From positions 15,979-59,685 of the forward strand of contig NW_014040512.1 of NCBI RefSeq assembly GCF_001186125.1: DNA of 43,707 nucleotides, read 5' to 3'. The number at the start of each line of letters is the position of its first letter. The stretch's first letter is position 1. Positions 1 through 13,330 of this stretch are shown piece after piece. Made by a program: the position numbers and the translations under genes. This stretch comes from Sphaeroforma arctica JP610 (lineage: Eukaryota). Below the pieces are notes generated by a model. It saw only the letters and a list, made by a program, of their open reading frames with translations. It made no database searches and had not been told where the DNA came from.

Positions 1-200
1 ATGTGTGTGTGTATGTGTGTGAGTGTGTGTGTGTGTGTACTTGTGTGTTTGTGTGTTTGTGTGTGTGTGTATGTGTGTACGTTTGTCTGTGTGTGTATGT
101 GTTGGTGTGTGTGTGTTTGTGTGTATACGTGTATGTGTGTTGTTGTTGTGTGTGTGTGTATACGTGTGTGTGTGTGTGTACGTGTGTGTACGTATGCATA
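1..200. repeat. Degenerate (GT)n microsatellite
   Basis: Near-continuous gtgtgt with interruptions; explains the V/C-rich spurious ORFs at 1-229. Confidence 0.95.
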
Positions 201-1139
201 TGAATACATTTTGTGGTGAAATTCAATAGACTGTATGAACTACTAATCTTTGACAGTATGCTCATCATGTCTGCAACAATATATGGGCTTTAATGTTGTC
301 AAAATTTTGGCGTACTACAGAAGGAAGCAGCGAACAAAAGCCTTTCATCATTATTATGTTATTTATTCTACGCAAGATATAAGGTACCCTTTCCTTGCAA
401 GAGTATTAATACCTGTCCACGTGGTCAGCAGTTTCATCCTCCTCTGAAGTAGATGCGGCACGTTTCCGATATGCACGAGCGTTGCCTCTTTTTGCCATGG
501 TGTAAACAGGTCTATACAGTTGGTGTGTGTGTGGAACGTTCGCTCGTGTACTAAATATGTTAGAGTATTTTACACTACAGTATCTGTATGCATCAATATA
601 TTGTAAATAGTACAATACGCTACCCCTCGAAAAGTCATAACCCGCCTGCTTAACTAATACCTGAGGGAATAATACTGAACAACAGCAACTACCGATCAGT
701 TTAATTCGCCGTGATGCGAATTAATGAAGCGTCAGTGATTCGGAGAAGTTTAATATTCCCACATGATGTCGATGTTGATGTTGTTTGATACACAAATTTT
801 GGCGCCAAAATGGCGACAGGCTTAATATACGAATATTGTTCATAATAGCCGCCTCATAGGCTTATAGCCATTGATCATATTGTTCAGGTTTTCGTTCTTT
901 TTTAAATGAAGTTTTAATGTTCAATTCAGAAGGCTATGATTTTAACCAGAACAAGGCACTCCGATCGGTGTGTTATGTTCAAGGCCCTGAGTCCTAAGAT
1001 GCCTCCTTTCTCCACTCTCAACCCTCAAGTCGTAGTATTTATGGGTGTGTTTGTGAGTTAAGAACATAAATACGTGATCTGCAGTAGGATCCAAGAAATA
1101 TATTATCTTTATGTATTTTAAAAAACAAAATTCTGTAGC

Positions 1140-1575
1140 GACCCACCATGTGAGAAGTCGTGACGACCGTATGCAATTGGCGACCCGGCAAGGAGCTACA
1201 GCTAACAAGAGTTCATAGTCTCCACTAGTATTATATCAGAACTTCAACATGCTCAACAATTACGGCGCCTGGTCAGTAATACTCTTCCTCTCACGAGTCT
1301 AATCCGAACTCGTGTATTGCAGTATGGCATATAGACCTTTTGTGGGATAAACATAGAATTGCAGGCTGACTAACAGGTGAATTCCTATGCTGGAAAGAAA
1401 AATGCCCTGTGTAAAATACCACCTACAGTATCCAAAGAAGTGATCTCTGTCAGAAAGCATGCAAACCCTAATGCTATAAAACACTATGAGGTATGTTACA
1501 GATATGATGGCATAGATGCTGATTCAAATAATAAAGCAGGCCATATAAGGTCGAGACAAAGTAAACGATAGGGGC
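1140..1575 (+). mobile_element. Possible decayed retroviral-type (Gypsy/Ginger-like) integrase remnant
   Basis: The frame from 1229 reads YYIRTSTCSTITAPGQ*YSSSHESNPNSCIAVWHIDLLW, resembling the end of the integrase zinc finger (Y-I-R-x-C-x-x-C) followed about 24 aa later by the WHIDL/F motif that holds the first catalytic Asp. In-frame stops present; one Cys missing. Judged by eye only. Confidence 0.3.
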
Positions 1576-1704
1576 AAGTTGTACGATAGAATAATATGAC
1601 TGACTATATTTCTGGTAGTTGGTTTTCGAAAGTACAGAATACGTACCGAATATATTATATAGAAATCTAATTTTGAAATCAGCAATACAGTAACGACAAT
1701 ATTA

Positions 1705-2000
1705 TAAATATGTATATATATATATATATGTTTGTGTGTGTGTGTGTGTGTATGTGTGTGTCTGTTTGTATGTATATATATATATATATATATATACTCG
1801 ACGCCTTCGACCATGAGAATGTATGTCTCCAGGGTCTCATGTCAACGTCTTGTTCTCTCCACATCTGTAAGCCGCTGACTCTTATAATATATATATATAT
1901 ATATATATCTATACATATATGTGTGTGTATGTATGTATGTAGTATGTATCTACGTTTGTATGGATGTAAGTGTATAGATATAAATATACATATATATACT
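1705..2000. repeat. Compound (AT)n/(GT)n microsatellite cluster
   Basis: Several tatata and gtgtgt tracts. Confidence 0.9.
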
Positions 2001-2855
2001 TGCAACCGTTAGTTCTTTTAAACTGAGATGAAACACTGTGCAGTAGAATATAAAATATAAAGTTCAGAACCCGACACGCCCACTATCACCACAAACTATA
2101 AGGATAAGGATGGATACGGACAGATAAGGATATACTGATATTCACAAATAGATAAACCTCTAGGCTCTGGCGTCACACCCACTACCGCCACACAATTGAC
2201 GGATATTGATGATGGATAAGGTACATATAATATGTTTATATATGCACACAGTACATAAATTTTAATAAATGAATAAACATCATGAAGCCTGGCAAGTGGC
2301 GGGATCAGATGTGGAGTCTTGGAGATGCATTGCCATCATTCAAGTCTCATGAAGTTTGTTTTGAAAAAAGACGTATATATTTACGACAAATGTAGATATT
2401 TAACGATATTTATTTACACTAATGGAAAGAAATGCCAGTGCCCACTGTAGGCCAATTGGAGAGGTGCGTGGTGTTTTCTCTATGTCCTACTAGCTCTCTA
2501 TTTTAAAAAAGCTTTTAAAATTAAAAAACATCATTAACTACACGACCAAAATTGGGAATGGGGCCGTGCTTAGGCCTATTTTTGAAGGCCTTCTTTCGGC
2601 CTAAAACTCCCAAGTCGCCATGATGATTCGTTGTCGACCGATTTTGGCGTTTACAACCCAAATACAGACATACGAAATTGTTCGTGTATACATTTTCGAA
2701 GTTTCGCGTTTTTCCGCCGGTTTGGGACTTGCGACTTCTTGGAACTCTCCTGTGAGAATTAAGAGGAGTATATTTATATACTTGGTTCACTGGGTAGCAA
2801 AGATACATAGCTACATACGTACTTACCTTTTAATCACTCCACACACCCCTCAAAA

Positions 2856-5474
2856 ATGGCACCTCCCAAGTACGCAGATCTAGGCAAGGCAGCCAAGGAC
2901 TGTCTTTCCAAGGACTTTGTTGTTGGTGATGTCAAGTTCGAAGTTGCCACCAAGACTTCTACTGGAGTGGTATGTTAGTTTTATATTCTTGCCTGTTATT
3001 ACGTATTATTAAAGAGTGTGTATTTATTTAGCAACTTAGTTTGATTGACTAAGAGTACGGTATAACGCATTGTAGGTGCGAGCTAGTTTTAAAATATTAG
3101 ATATTTTAGGGGGATATTTATCTGAAAGTTGATACTCCGGCACTCGGCAACCCGATTCCGACAGGAAGGTGTCGTTTTGACAGTGTGGTCGTTACCAATA
3201 TGCTTTGCAGGGCGTATGTCACCTTGTAATGCTGACTTGTACCTAATATCATGCTTTGAAGCTGGTGACTTGGCTATGCCGTTGTTCGCGTATAGTTCCC
3301 TATTTGTGTTGCATGTTGCTTCGAGTTTGACTGCGACACCCATTGGTTTATTGGTTATTGGCGCGTATGGCGAGTCCTCTTCATTTTTTTGGAACACGAG
3401 ATGTTTGGGAATGTAGTTAGTTTGTGTACATACATTTTAGTCTTCTATTAGTAAAGCATTCGCAAAGTTATTTTCCAGAAACAGTGGTACGCTCCTAGCG
3501 GACAGTAGCGTAGTATTCTGTTCATACTACTAAATATAAGTAGCGGAGTAAGGACTCGGAAGTAGAGATCAAGCAGGCACCGATATTCATATATATATAT
3601 ATATATTGATTAAATTTCTATACACAGGCTTTCAAATATATATATATTGATTAAATTTCTATACACAGGCTTTCAAGACCATCACCACCAAGAACCAGAA
3701 AGACGGTACCGTTGATGGTACATGCGAGGCCAAGTACCTATACAAGCCATACAACCTAGAGGTAACCGAGAAGTGGAGTACCGCTGGTGTGCTACTCCAG
3801 ACCCTGTCCATTGAAGGTCTAGCTGATGGTCTTAAGATTGACAACGATACCTCGTATAACACCAACAACGAGGCCATCACCTCAGTTGTCAAGGTCGACT
3901 ATGTACAGAAGCAAATCCGTACCACCGCTGACGTCAATCTGCTTAAGAAGGTCGTGAACGCCACCAGTGTGTTCAACCACAACCAGGTGTTCGTTGGTGT
4001 ACAGGCTGCTTACGATGGTGCCAATGGTGCCGTTGCATCAAAGACCATTGCCGCCTCTTACATCGCCCCTGATTTCCAGTTCACTACCAGGTATGCTGGT
4101 TATAACTTGTTGTTTGGGTTCATACGTGGGTGGGTTACTCGTAAACCACTTTAATTGCTGTACCTCTTTGTTTATTATATTTTTGGATTTTAAACGCACC
4201 TGTGACTCCACTAATAGTCAATACCCAGAGAGCAATACCAGGTCAAGATTTGAATACTATGAAACTCAAACTTTAGAGTGTGACAGGTGTACATATATAT
4301 GGATATGTTGCGGGGTACGGATGAAACTGAGTTTCACGGAATGTATCCTCGACACTTCACCTAATAATTTAAACTTTACTGTAGGAGAGAACATATTGAT
4401 CTTTTCCTGACAGACTTTTGGTACCGGTCCGTTGTGAAGCGTGTCTGTGTGTTGTCTACAACTTCTGGTATCAATGGTGTCTAAAGAATACACACTATAC
4501 AGCGTGCGGAAATTAGTAGATCTGAAAATTGGAAGTGAATACAGTGTTTCTGTTGCTGCAAGTATGTATAGACAATTCGGGTATGTCATTGTGAGAGGCA
4601 AATCACATATGCAGTTTTTGGACGCTTGTGTTGATTTATACGCTGCACATCTCCACAGTGTTGAACACCACGTGGACGACGTAGAAGACAAAGTCGCATG
4701 TTCGAGGGGGGATCCCTGACCTGCATGCTAAATGTCGATACATACTTAGTGTATTTTTAACTTGAATATCCCTTTACCAGCACTGATGGAGAGAAGGTGA
4801 GCTCTTCACTGCACCACCGAGTGTCTGCACAAACCGTTGCCGCCGTTGCTTTCGGTTGGAAGAAGGGCACCAACGAGACCGACTTCGCTCTTGGTGGACA
4901 CTTCAACTTGGACGCTGGTTCCTTCCTAAAGGTATGTATCGTCTTTCATTTGAATACATGCAACGCGTGCAAGGCAATACATAATTGATACTGTCTTTGT
5001 TTTTTTGAATTTCTGCATGTGTGTTTTCCACGCTTGGAACTTGTCTAAACTGCCAATATTTACACGTTGCACGATCTATCGGACATGTTGATCACTTATG
5101 TATGGTTTGTACTGTTAATATACCCCTTTTTAGATTGCAAGTATGTGTATCGCATTCGTTTAAACGAATGACTGAATATATGCAAACTTTCGATTTTGTA
5201 CACTTGGACGAAAGCCGGCTCATCTTGTAAAATGGGCTGGAAACTGTTATGAGCTGTAGCAGAGTTGTTTAAGACCCGAAACACTTGCTGATTTGCAAAC
5301 TTGCATTGCCTTCATTCACTACAGGCTAAGTTGACACACACCGGTCAGCTGACGTTCGGCTACACTCAGGTAGTCAGCCCCAACGCTAAGGTGTCCGTTG
5401 GTATGAACGTGGACAGCAAGAACCTTTCCACTGATGCGCACAGACTTGGTTTCTCCCTTGTTCTCTCCGCTTAG
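2856..5474 (+). CDS. VDAC: Voltage-dependent anion channel (mitochondrial outer-membrane porin), 4 exons, 278 aa
   Basis: Exons 2856-2969, 3669-4090, 4781-4931, 5325-5474 (837 nt; GT-AG introns, phases 0/2/0). Protein begins MAPPKYADLGKAAKDCLSKDF (VDAC N-terminal helix), contains EVTEKWST and FALGGHFNLDAGSFLKAK, and ends with the beta-signal-like AHRLGFSLVLSA*. Confidence 0.96.
3595..3676 (+). repeat. Perfect 2 x 41-bp tandem duplication spanning the VDAC intron-1 acceptor
   Basis: ATATATATATATTGATTAAATTTCTATACACAG|GCTTTCAA occurs at 3595-3635 and again at 3636-3676. Confidence 0.95.
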
Positions 5475-5501
5475 ATTTAACATCCAAATCTCCTATCAAA
5501 G

Positions 5502-5507
5502 AATAAA
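5502..5507 (+). promoter_or_regulatory. Putative polyadenylation signal of VDAC
   Basis: AATAAA starting 28 nt after the end of the TAG stop. Confidence 0.45.
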
Positions 5508-6965
5508 GGTGGTTTACGGAGTTCAGTAAGGGCGTCCAAACTCAGTATCTTCTCATGTTCATAGTTTATTTTGAAGTTCAGTTCATTAGGGGTGAAGGAT
5601 ACATTTTTATAGAGCTCAGTAAGGTCTCTCGTTTGGATTTTATAGCGCACCTTTTGTAGTTTTTGAAGGTCAGTTCACCAGGGATGAAGTGTACGGTGCT
5701 TTACCGTGGATTCTATTCGGCTTGAGCGAAGTACAAGATTTTAGCACCAGTGTCGGTAGTTCAAGCGAGTATCAGTATGATACACATAGTCATGGACTGC
5801 ATCTAGCAATGTACCGTCGAGTGTGTGGGTGCCGCTCTTGACAAGAATGATCCATGACGATATAGCTTCACTTTGACAGAAGCATATTACGGACTCTATC
5901 TCAAAATAATAGATGAACATTGTGCACGGTTGAGAGCCTTACCCATGTAGGGATGAATGAGGGCGGGGGGGGGGGGGTTAGCCTTAAGATTGAAGATGGC
6001 AAATGTGCTTATCTCTTCAGTCCGTATACGACATTGTTTATGCTGCCCTAGATGACTAACCTAGTTGGAATCACCCTTACAGAACATATATATGCTAGTA
6101 TATGATACCCGCCACAGTCGCATCATACTCGGTTTAAAGTTCAATTTAGATAACAAAATACATGACGGAGCATAGGATATTAGAGCTATCGCTCGCATTT
6201 ATTCATAAATTCTTCTCTCGTTAAGAACAGCAAATGTATAAGAGATGCATCTGTACGTCAGTTTCACACCTGGAAGAGATAGCAAGTACATCTACTGTTG
6301 CTATGTAAATATGTATGAGGTGTGCAATATGTAAATTGCTACAAGTGTAGTTTTTCATCATGCAAAGTTGGCCATTTAGCTCGTCCCTTGGCCCATGGCC
6401 CACGCTCTGCGTTTTTTGTATAAAAATCGGCTTTTTCAAAAAAGTCAAACGGACACCAACACAAAAACTGATGACAACAATCCGTCCGATCGATCAGTCG
6501 ATACGAGGGATGTATGTACGTTCTCTACTAATACTCGAACTAAAATTGTGGTAATTTTACTAAAGTAAAATAAATAAACAATAGTGCGCGAGGAATATCC
6601 GCCCATATAAAGGACTTGCGTGTGACGGCGTCCACTTCACACAACGCGTGCTGGGTATGGCTTAGATAGGACTGTGTTGTATAGATAGAGCTTACGTGCC
6701 CGCTGAGCTTATTTGTATTAAACGAAGGTTTTGTGAGTGCGCAAGAGCCTCGAGATGCACACGTAAGTACAAGCAAGCACCGATGACCAGGACTTAGTAT
6801 ACTGTCTATATAAAGATGATGCCAGAGTATAGTATATAGTATCGTATTCATCGGTGTTTGAATCAGGATACCAGCTGTGTATACGTATACATGTACACTT
6901 GCACGCACACACAAGTGAACCATATCATACATATCTACGGTTATATACATTAACTATCGGCTATT

Positions 6966-9900
6966 ATGGACGAAACGATGGAGGAAGCACACCCCTATGT
7001 GGTCTTTCCAGGAATGATACCACCAGCCTACTTAGCGTCTCAGCTGCCCTTTCCCGCCCCTCTTCCTTTAGATGGGCCAGGGGTGGGTGCACCGAGCACA
7101 TCGATACACTCCATATTAAGAAACGATGCACATGTAACCCCACATAGCCTTGCAGTAGTAGGTGACATGCTGGCAAGTGTGCATGCACGTACGAATGGAT
7201 TGCGTATGCCTAATGCTGTACCGTTCAGTGGTGTGAATGCTAAATCTGCATCAACACCGAGAGTGATATCGGCTGTAATGCAGAAACGTCCGGGTGTGTT
7301 GAACGCGATTGCAAGGGAACGTAATACGGAAGTGCGTGGAATGCAGCGTAACAGCACACATACAAATCAGATGAGCACGGATCAATCTAGTCACTTGTCA
7401 CATGAGAATGTACATGTACAGCAGTCACAGAGACAAAACTACCAGCAACAGCGGCAACACCCACAGATGAAGCAAGAAGGTGGTAGCCACCGAGATATGC
7501 AGCAGGTGCAACCCCAGAAACAACAGCAACAGCACGGTTCTAGCGCAGGACCTCATTCTAGATACAATAACGGTGGTAAGACGACTGCGGGGGAAAGCGG
7601 GTATAGGCCCTCCAGTGCAGGTTATAGAGGATCACACACAAGCACGCACAATCAGACACACGCTCACGCGCATCATCAAACCCAGAACTACAGTAACAGT
7701 ACTACGAACACACACGCAAGTGCACCTGTGCACTCGGAAAACAATATGTCGTTGAAACATGATCCCAATAACCCACGCGTAATACATACAGTCAAGCAGG
7801 AGAGACCGCCCCAGCCCCACGATCGTCACTCGCACGGTGTGCATGCACCTGCAGTCAGGAGTGAGGTATTGGAACATACCAACACCCATGCGAAACACCA
7901 CAAGTATCCCAGAGACTCGGGTAGTGCGTGTATGCTGGGTGCTATTAGAGAGCAGCAGGGCGTTTCGCCTGGGTATGGGCCCAGCCCTGTACCCATAACC
8001 ATTCCACCGGAGTTGGAACAGGTGACCGCAGAGTTTCGCCCGGCTAATGCGTATGTGGAGAACCATGCACCCCACAAACAGGTACACAGCGCACACGGTG
8101 CACGTGAAGGTGTACAGCCTGTGGACAAGGAGGAGGAGGGGCGACAGGTGCTGCAGAAGGGTCTGAAGCGCGATCAGGCACACATGAAAGGTATTGCTAT
8201 CATTGCGGTTCTACAGCTTTGTTACGGTTGTCGAGTACGTTGTGTGTGTATAGAAGGCATGCAGGCGAGGGAAATAAACTCGATTTCTGCATGCTGAATC
8301 AGTTGCGTGTGTGGATGGGGCTGTATATCAAGAGACAGGCATGGCGAACACGTGGCGGTATTTCATTCCAATGTATAATTACGGATTTATGTATGTAGAC
8401 CTGTATGTATGTGTGCGCGTATATGTATTTGCTTTGGCTGGTTGTGCCCCTATGCTCTTGCAAGCCCACTCTACTATTGATCTTTATATCTTATAGAGTA
8501 AAGCATAGGACAGGTATTTGTACTTCGCTGCTACACTTTCCTATGGTGGTGTGTGTGGCTATGGGATTTTCTTGGATTCACACAGTAGACTCGCATTTGC
8601 GAATGTGTATTACTTTTGATACATGGTTCTTTACATATATTTAGATGCAATCATATACTTCTCCAGGCCGCCCAAGGGACTATAGTATAGTGTTTACAAA
8701 ACACTCTATTCTTTGCAAAACACTTCTTTCGCAACGACACATCTAAATGTACGTATTGCTACATAAACTGCCGAATTACGATAAACCTTGAAGTCAGCAA
8801 TACAGGAAATGGTTGCTTATGTGCCGTATTTACCAATGGAACAGAACAGGTCATCGCAGAAACTCTTTCAAACGGGGACTATAAGCATGCATACTTGTAT
8901 AGGCATAGCATCTTATAGATATGGATTCGATAAGATTATCATTGGATTTCGTTAGTCTTTGGTTGCGTTATGAGCTAATAGATCATAACCGCACCACAGG
9001 TACCCATCAAACGCCGCAGAAGCCCTCTAAATCAGCTAAGCTGAGCAGGCGCACATCTTCCTCCAAGAAACGCGATGCAAACTTCGATGGCACGAGATCG
9101 GGTGAGAGTACCCCACGGAAACCTCCGCAAGAGAAGACGCACGTCAGAGGTACGTATGCTTACATGCATATAATTAAACGTATATTTATCGATGCATATG
9201 TATGAAATGATAGTGGGCCTCTTCGTTTATACGTATCTTATTCTGGCCGATCTCTAATCGATGGTCAGTCCAGTGGGCGCAACTGAATGGGAATACGAGA
9301 TCGTTTTATCGGAGCACCGTGCTTGTCCTGATGCCAGTGAGTTGTACACTCTTAGGGTGGCAGCAGTATGCAATTGATAGGTCATTTACTTTTACGGCGT
9401 TGATAAATCAAGTTTATACACTTTTCGCAGATAACACAACACCTGGGAGCAAAAACTTCGGCTCCATAAAGAAACGCGTGGAAGCAATTATCTCCAGTGA
9501 CTCCATGCGCTATGCTGAAACAGGCGATATGACTGACTTCAGAAGCCTACCTCGAAAGAGCCTGACTGAGTTAAGGTATGCACTGAAAGCATATGTATAT
9601 GTCTATGCGGCTACATTTGCGTTCATATATATATTGGCAGTTTGCTCTACGCTGGCATACTGCTGTAGACACTGAACTTGCGATAAAACGAGGGCAGAGA
9701 CTCATTGCAGTCCAGTCTGTGCTGTGTCTGTCGATCTGCGCATATAAGCAATGTCGGCTAGCGATTATCACCACTCGGCCGAACTTGATTCCAAATGAAG
9801 GTATTTCATCAGCCTCATAATTTGTGGTTCATTGAGTTTTGTAAACTGGTATCCAACCTTCAACCACAAATGCCTTTTATCTATTATATAGCAAAAATAT

Positions 9901-12900
9901 ATATACGGTAAATAAAATACCAGATTCATAAAGTCTGCAACTTTCTGTACAATCGTCGGTGCTGCGCCGCATTGGAGTGTGTGATCTGTCGCAGTGGGAA
10001 CCCGCTAAGCCAAATACATACAATTCGCATCTGTGTTGGAATAGTCGTTTCTTTTTTTCTTTTTATCACAACGAGAAATCCGATTTTGTTTTCACCATTG
10101 TAGACGGATAAAAAAATTATGCATACACTTCAGGCTACCAACCGCTTTACATAGCTTACTACCGTACTTCATTCGGGTGGGCGGTTTCATCGTACGCCCT
10201 ATGCCCATGCCAAAGTCAAAAGATTTTCAATTTATGCATACTTCGTTCAAGCCATGCATACTTTGCAGTCGTGGGTAGAAGTGACTGGTTCTATTCAGTT
10301 GGTACCAGCTCTGTATATACAATTCACATTACAATCAATCAATCGTCTATATATAACATTCAACCCTGACAATCGTTGAATTGTACGTACTATATTCAGG
10401 CTTCAGCTCACTTTACAATCGGCGGTGCTGCACCGCATTGCCATGGATGATCTGTCACAGTTGGTGTACCTCATGGACCGGCACATCACCGCCAAACGTG
10501 AAGTGAAGTTGAACTCGGTATGTCAGTCGGGCCAATCAAGTGCAAGATTAGACCCATTATGATGAATTTTTTTGGTCTGTATCGGTTGTTACTATGAGAG
10601 TCGATTGACACATACATACGTTTAGCAGTCGCATACGAATCTGATTTGTTGTTCAGACATTACAAGTAGGAAGCTGTACGTATCCGCATTGCTCGTGTAT
10701 TTAATAAGCGTCATTGTTCGAGTTTCAGTAATCCTGTATAGCTTCTCGGGGTTTTGAAAATGCTGTCACATAGTGTCACAATGTGATTGAAAAGCGGCTT
10801 CTGTGAACGATATATGAAACCTTTTGAGTTCATTAGTTTATCTGAACATGCTTTATACAATTTGAGTGTGGAGGCAATCATTTTCTGGCGACTGCTGGTC
10901 TGTGGTTAAAGCCCGGATGGACTTTTGTGGTTAATTACTTACTTCTTGTGGTATATGTAGGTCATTTTTAGTGTGTCGTTGTTTAGGGATCTATATGTAG
11001 TTGATAGACCGCGCCTGCTCGTCCCCAGCAACGTGTAGCTCAAGTCGCGTGACACGAAGCGTGCGTTGCATATTTAGAATGGCATTATAGAGAGGCTTTG
11101 TAGTAATTACATACAGCGAATGTATTCTATGCCTCTTTATCCTTAAAACGTGCAACTTCAGACACGTAAAATGTAAAGACATAGCGTGACTGTAGTGTTT
11201 GAAGTAGAGTGCTGTGCTTTCTTGTGTGACGTATTATCCAGTACAGACAATCACACTAGCTTTTGCCCAGCTGGACATGCGCAGCTGTGTCCATATCACA
11301 GAGTTTCGGTATCACACACAACCAACCAATCACATATAGCTTAAGTCAATTACGTGACCACATGCATATACCACAATGCATTCTCTCTAATATATCACAT
11401 GCAGGATTCTCCCGATCACAACTTCGAGGAAGTATTGGTGGGATTGGAGGCAGCGCATATCATTCTCACTCTAGTGACCGCACCCAGCATCCCCATTGAG
11501 GTATGACGTATATTGACTGGCTGGTTTACAACGGTATTATAAGATGACTACAGTTACAGTGACTTTGTAATGGTTTGAGATATCCCTCATACTTTGAGTA
11601 ACTGGTATACAATGGCTTTGTTGTGGTTTGAGGTATGCGTTATAGCAATGGCTGATTCACGATGGCTAAGCCATGGTTTGGGTGTCTCACTCGGGCTATG
11701 TGGCAAGTATTTTTGTATCTGACTGTGGCAAATGTTTTTGCACGTGACCTCTTAAAGTTCAATCTGTGTTAGGATGTGACATTGTTCGTCTGAGTAGTTG
11801 TCGAGCCAAATATTTCTGATAAGTACAAATTCACAGTGAACAAAAGTTTAAGTTTAAGTTGTAAAGCTCATGCCTGCTGCCCTGAATGGTGTATATGGCC
11901 TAATGAATTGATTTGACTGTGATTTATGGGTTTTGTTTGTACCACTTTTGCCCCTCATTGTGCATATCTGCAATTTGTAGTCTTTTCTTTTGGAACTTAC
12001 AAAAGTTGAAAAGTCGAATATTACCGCACTAAGATACGAAGTTCTATGTGACATAGTGTCGAGAAATTCGTATGATCATATGAAAAGCACTGAGAAGAAT
12101 TTGTTCGAGGTATGTTAGTTGGCGCGCTCCCCAATTTAACAAATTATCGATATTCAAATACGCTTCTGCAATAGCCGCATGGCATGGGCTTATTACCTAT
12201 TTTTTTACATATGTTGGTCAATCTACTCAAAATTGTTTTCTGAAATGTGCCACAGATAAGCGCGACGTTGCCGTTCCATTTGTAGTTGCTGTAGTTTCGA
12301 CCACAGATGAACGTATCATCTGCCATTCTATTAATGGTTTCCTTTTACTCCTGGTCACAGATATACATTGAAGACTACCTAACCAACGCTCTGCACTTTG
12401 TCAAACATCACATTACCAAGACTTTGTTCCGGCCACATCACAATACGGACGCGTCAGGTGTGTATACGTTAGCATGAAACGCGAGTATGGGCACAGTGAT
12501 GAAAAGCAGTGTTTGTATAAGAATTGCGAGGTGCGTGTAATAATAGCAGGAGTGGGCTAGTGGTGCATATGATTCTCATACGTGCACCCGCGTCTGTCGG
12601 TAGGGAAGGGGTTGTATGTTTGTATATGTGATTGCTTATCTACTGTTTGTATATATATGAGCGTACAGATGTATGTATACGCATATGTTTACTTGTATAC
12701 GGCAGCTGGATAATAATAAAAGAGTTTGAGCTTCCCAACCCAATGAACGATGCTCGTAAACACTCAATGCTAGACCAATGCTAGATCAATACTAGATTCG
12801 CAGACAATGATGCGAGATGTACCACGGCGCGGAAGCTCTAATTCCAACTACACCATAAGTGCAATTCTGTCGCATTTGCCCCGAACCAATTTTGTCGATA

Positions 12901-13212
12901 TATTCTGATCTACGTACAAATTTTACAACGTATTTCCAACTGTCGCGTTTGTATCGCGTACCACAACACGGAATTTCACCATAACCAGAGCCGAAACAGT
13001 CGAAAAAGAAATCGAATGCCAACTCCGCCCCAAAAATCAGTGCTCATGCGCAGCGGCAAATATCGTAAGTTCTTATGTCTATCTGTTGCTCTCGACCCGC
13101 GAACATAAATCTCAAGATAACGCACGTGCATCTTGTCTTCGCCGCTTGAATTATTCTGGTTGTTTTGTGCCATATATCAGCACGTATGTATGTTTAGACA
13201 CATGTAGAATTA

Positions 13213-13245
<33 letters not shown>

Positions 13246-13294
13246 GCATGTATGTATATTTGTATGTATGTATGTATATGCATATATGTATATG

Positions 13295-13330
<36 letters not shown>

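Noticed and set aside
1..229. Three overlapping V/C-rich ORFs, and similar ones at 1679-2012, 13194-13430, 26181-26405, 34796-35452 and 36327-36557
   Set aside because: Translations of dinucleotide microsatellites.
5472..5480. Stop-codon readthrough of VDAC
   Set aside because: TAG is followed by ATT TAA, with no readthrough context or meaningful extension.
5965..5977. Poly-G runs here and at about 28191-28201 as G-quadruplex elements
   Set aside because: Isolated homopolymers of uncertain length with no supporting context.
7632..8183. 183-aa minus-strand ORF, and other antisense ORFs such as 19341-19841, 20915-21478 and 33795-34257
   Set aside because: Antisense or off-frame shadows of NIPBL exons and of the GCGGAT repeat; no recognisable domains.
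6966..8297. Stand-alone 443-aa protein
   Set aside because: It is NIPBL exon 1 read through the donor at 8191; the phase-1 junction joins exon 2 at 9000.
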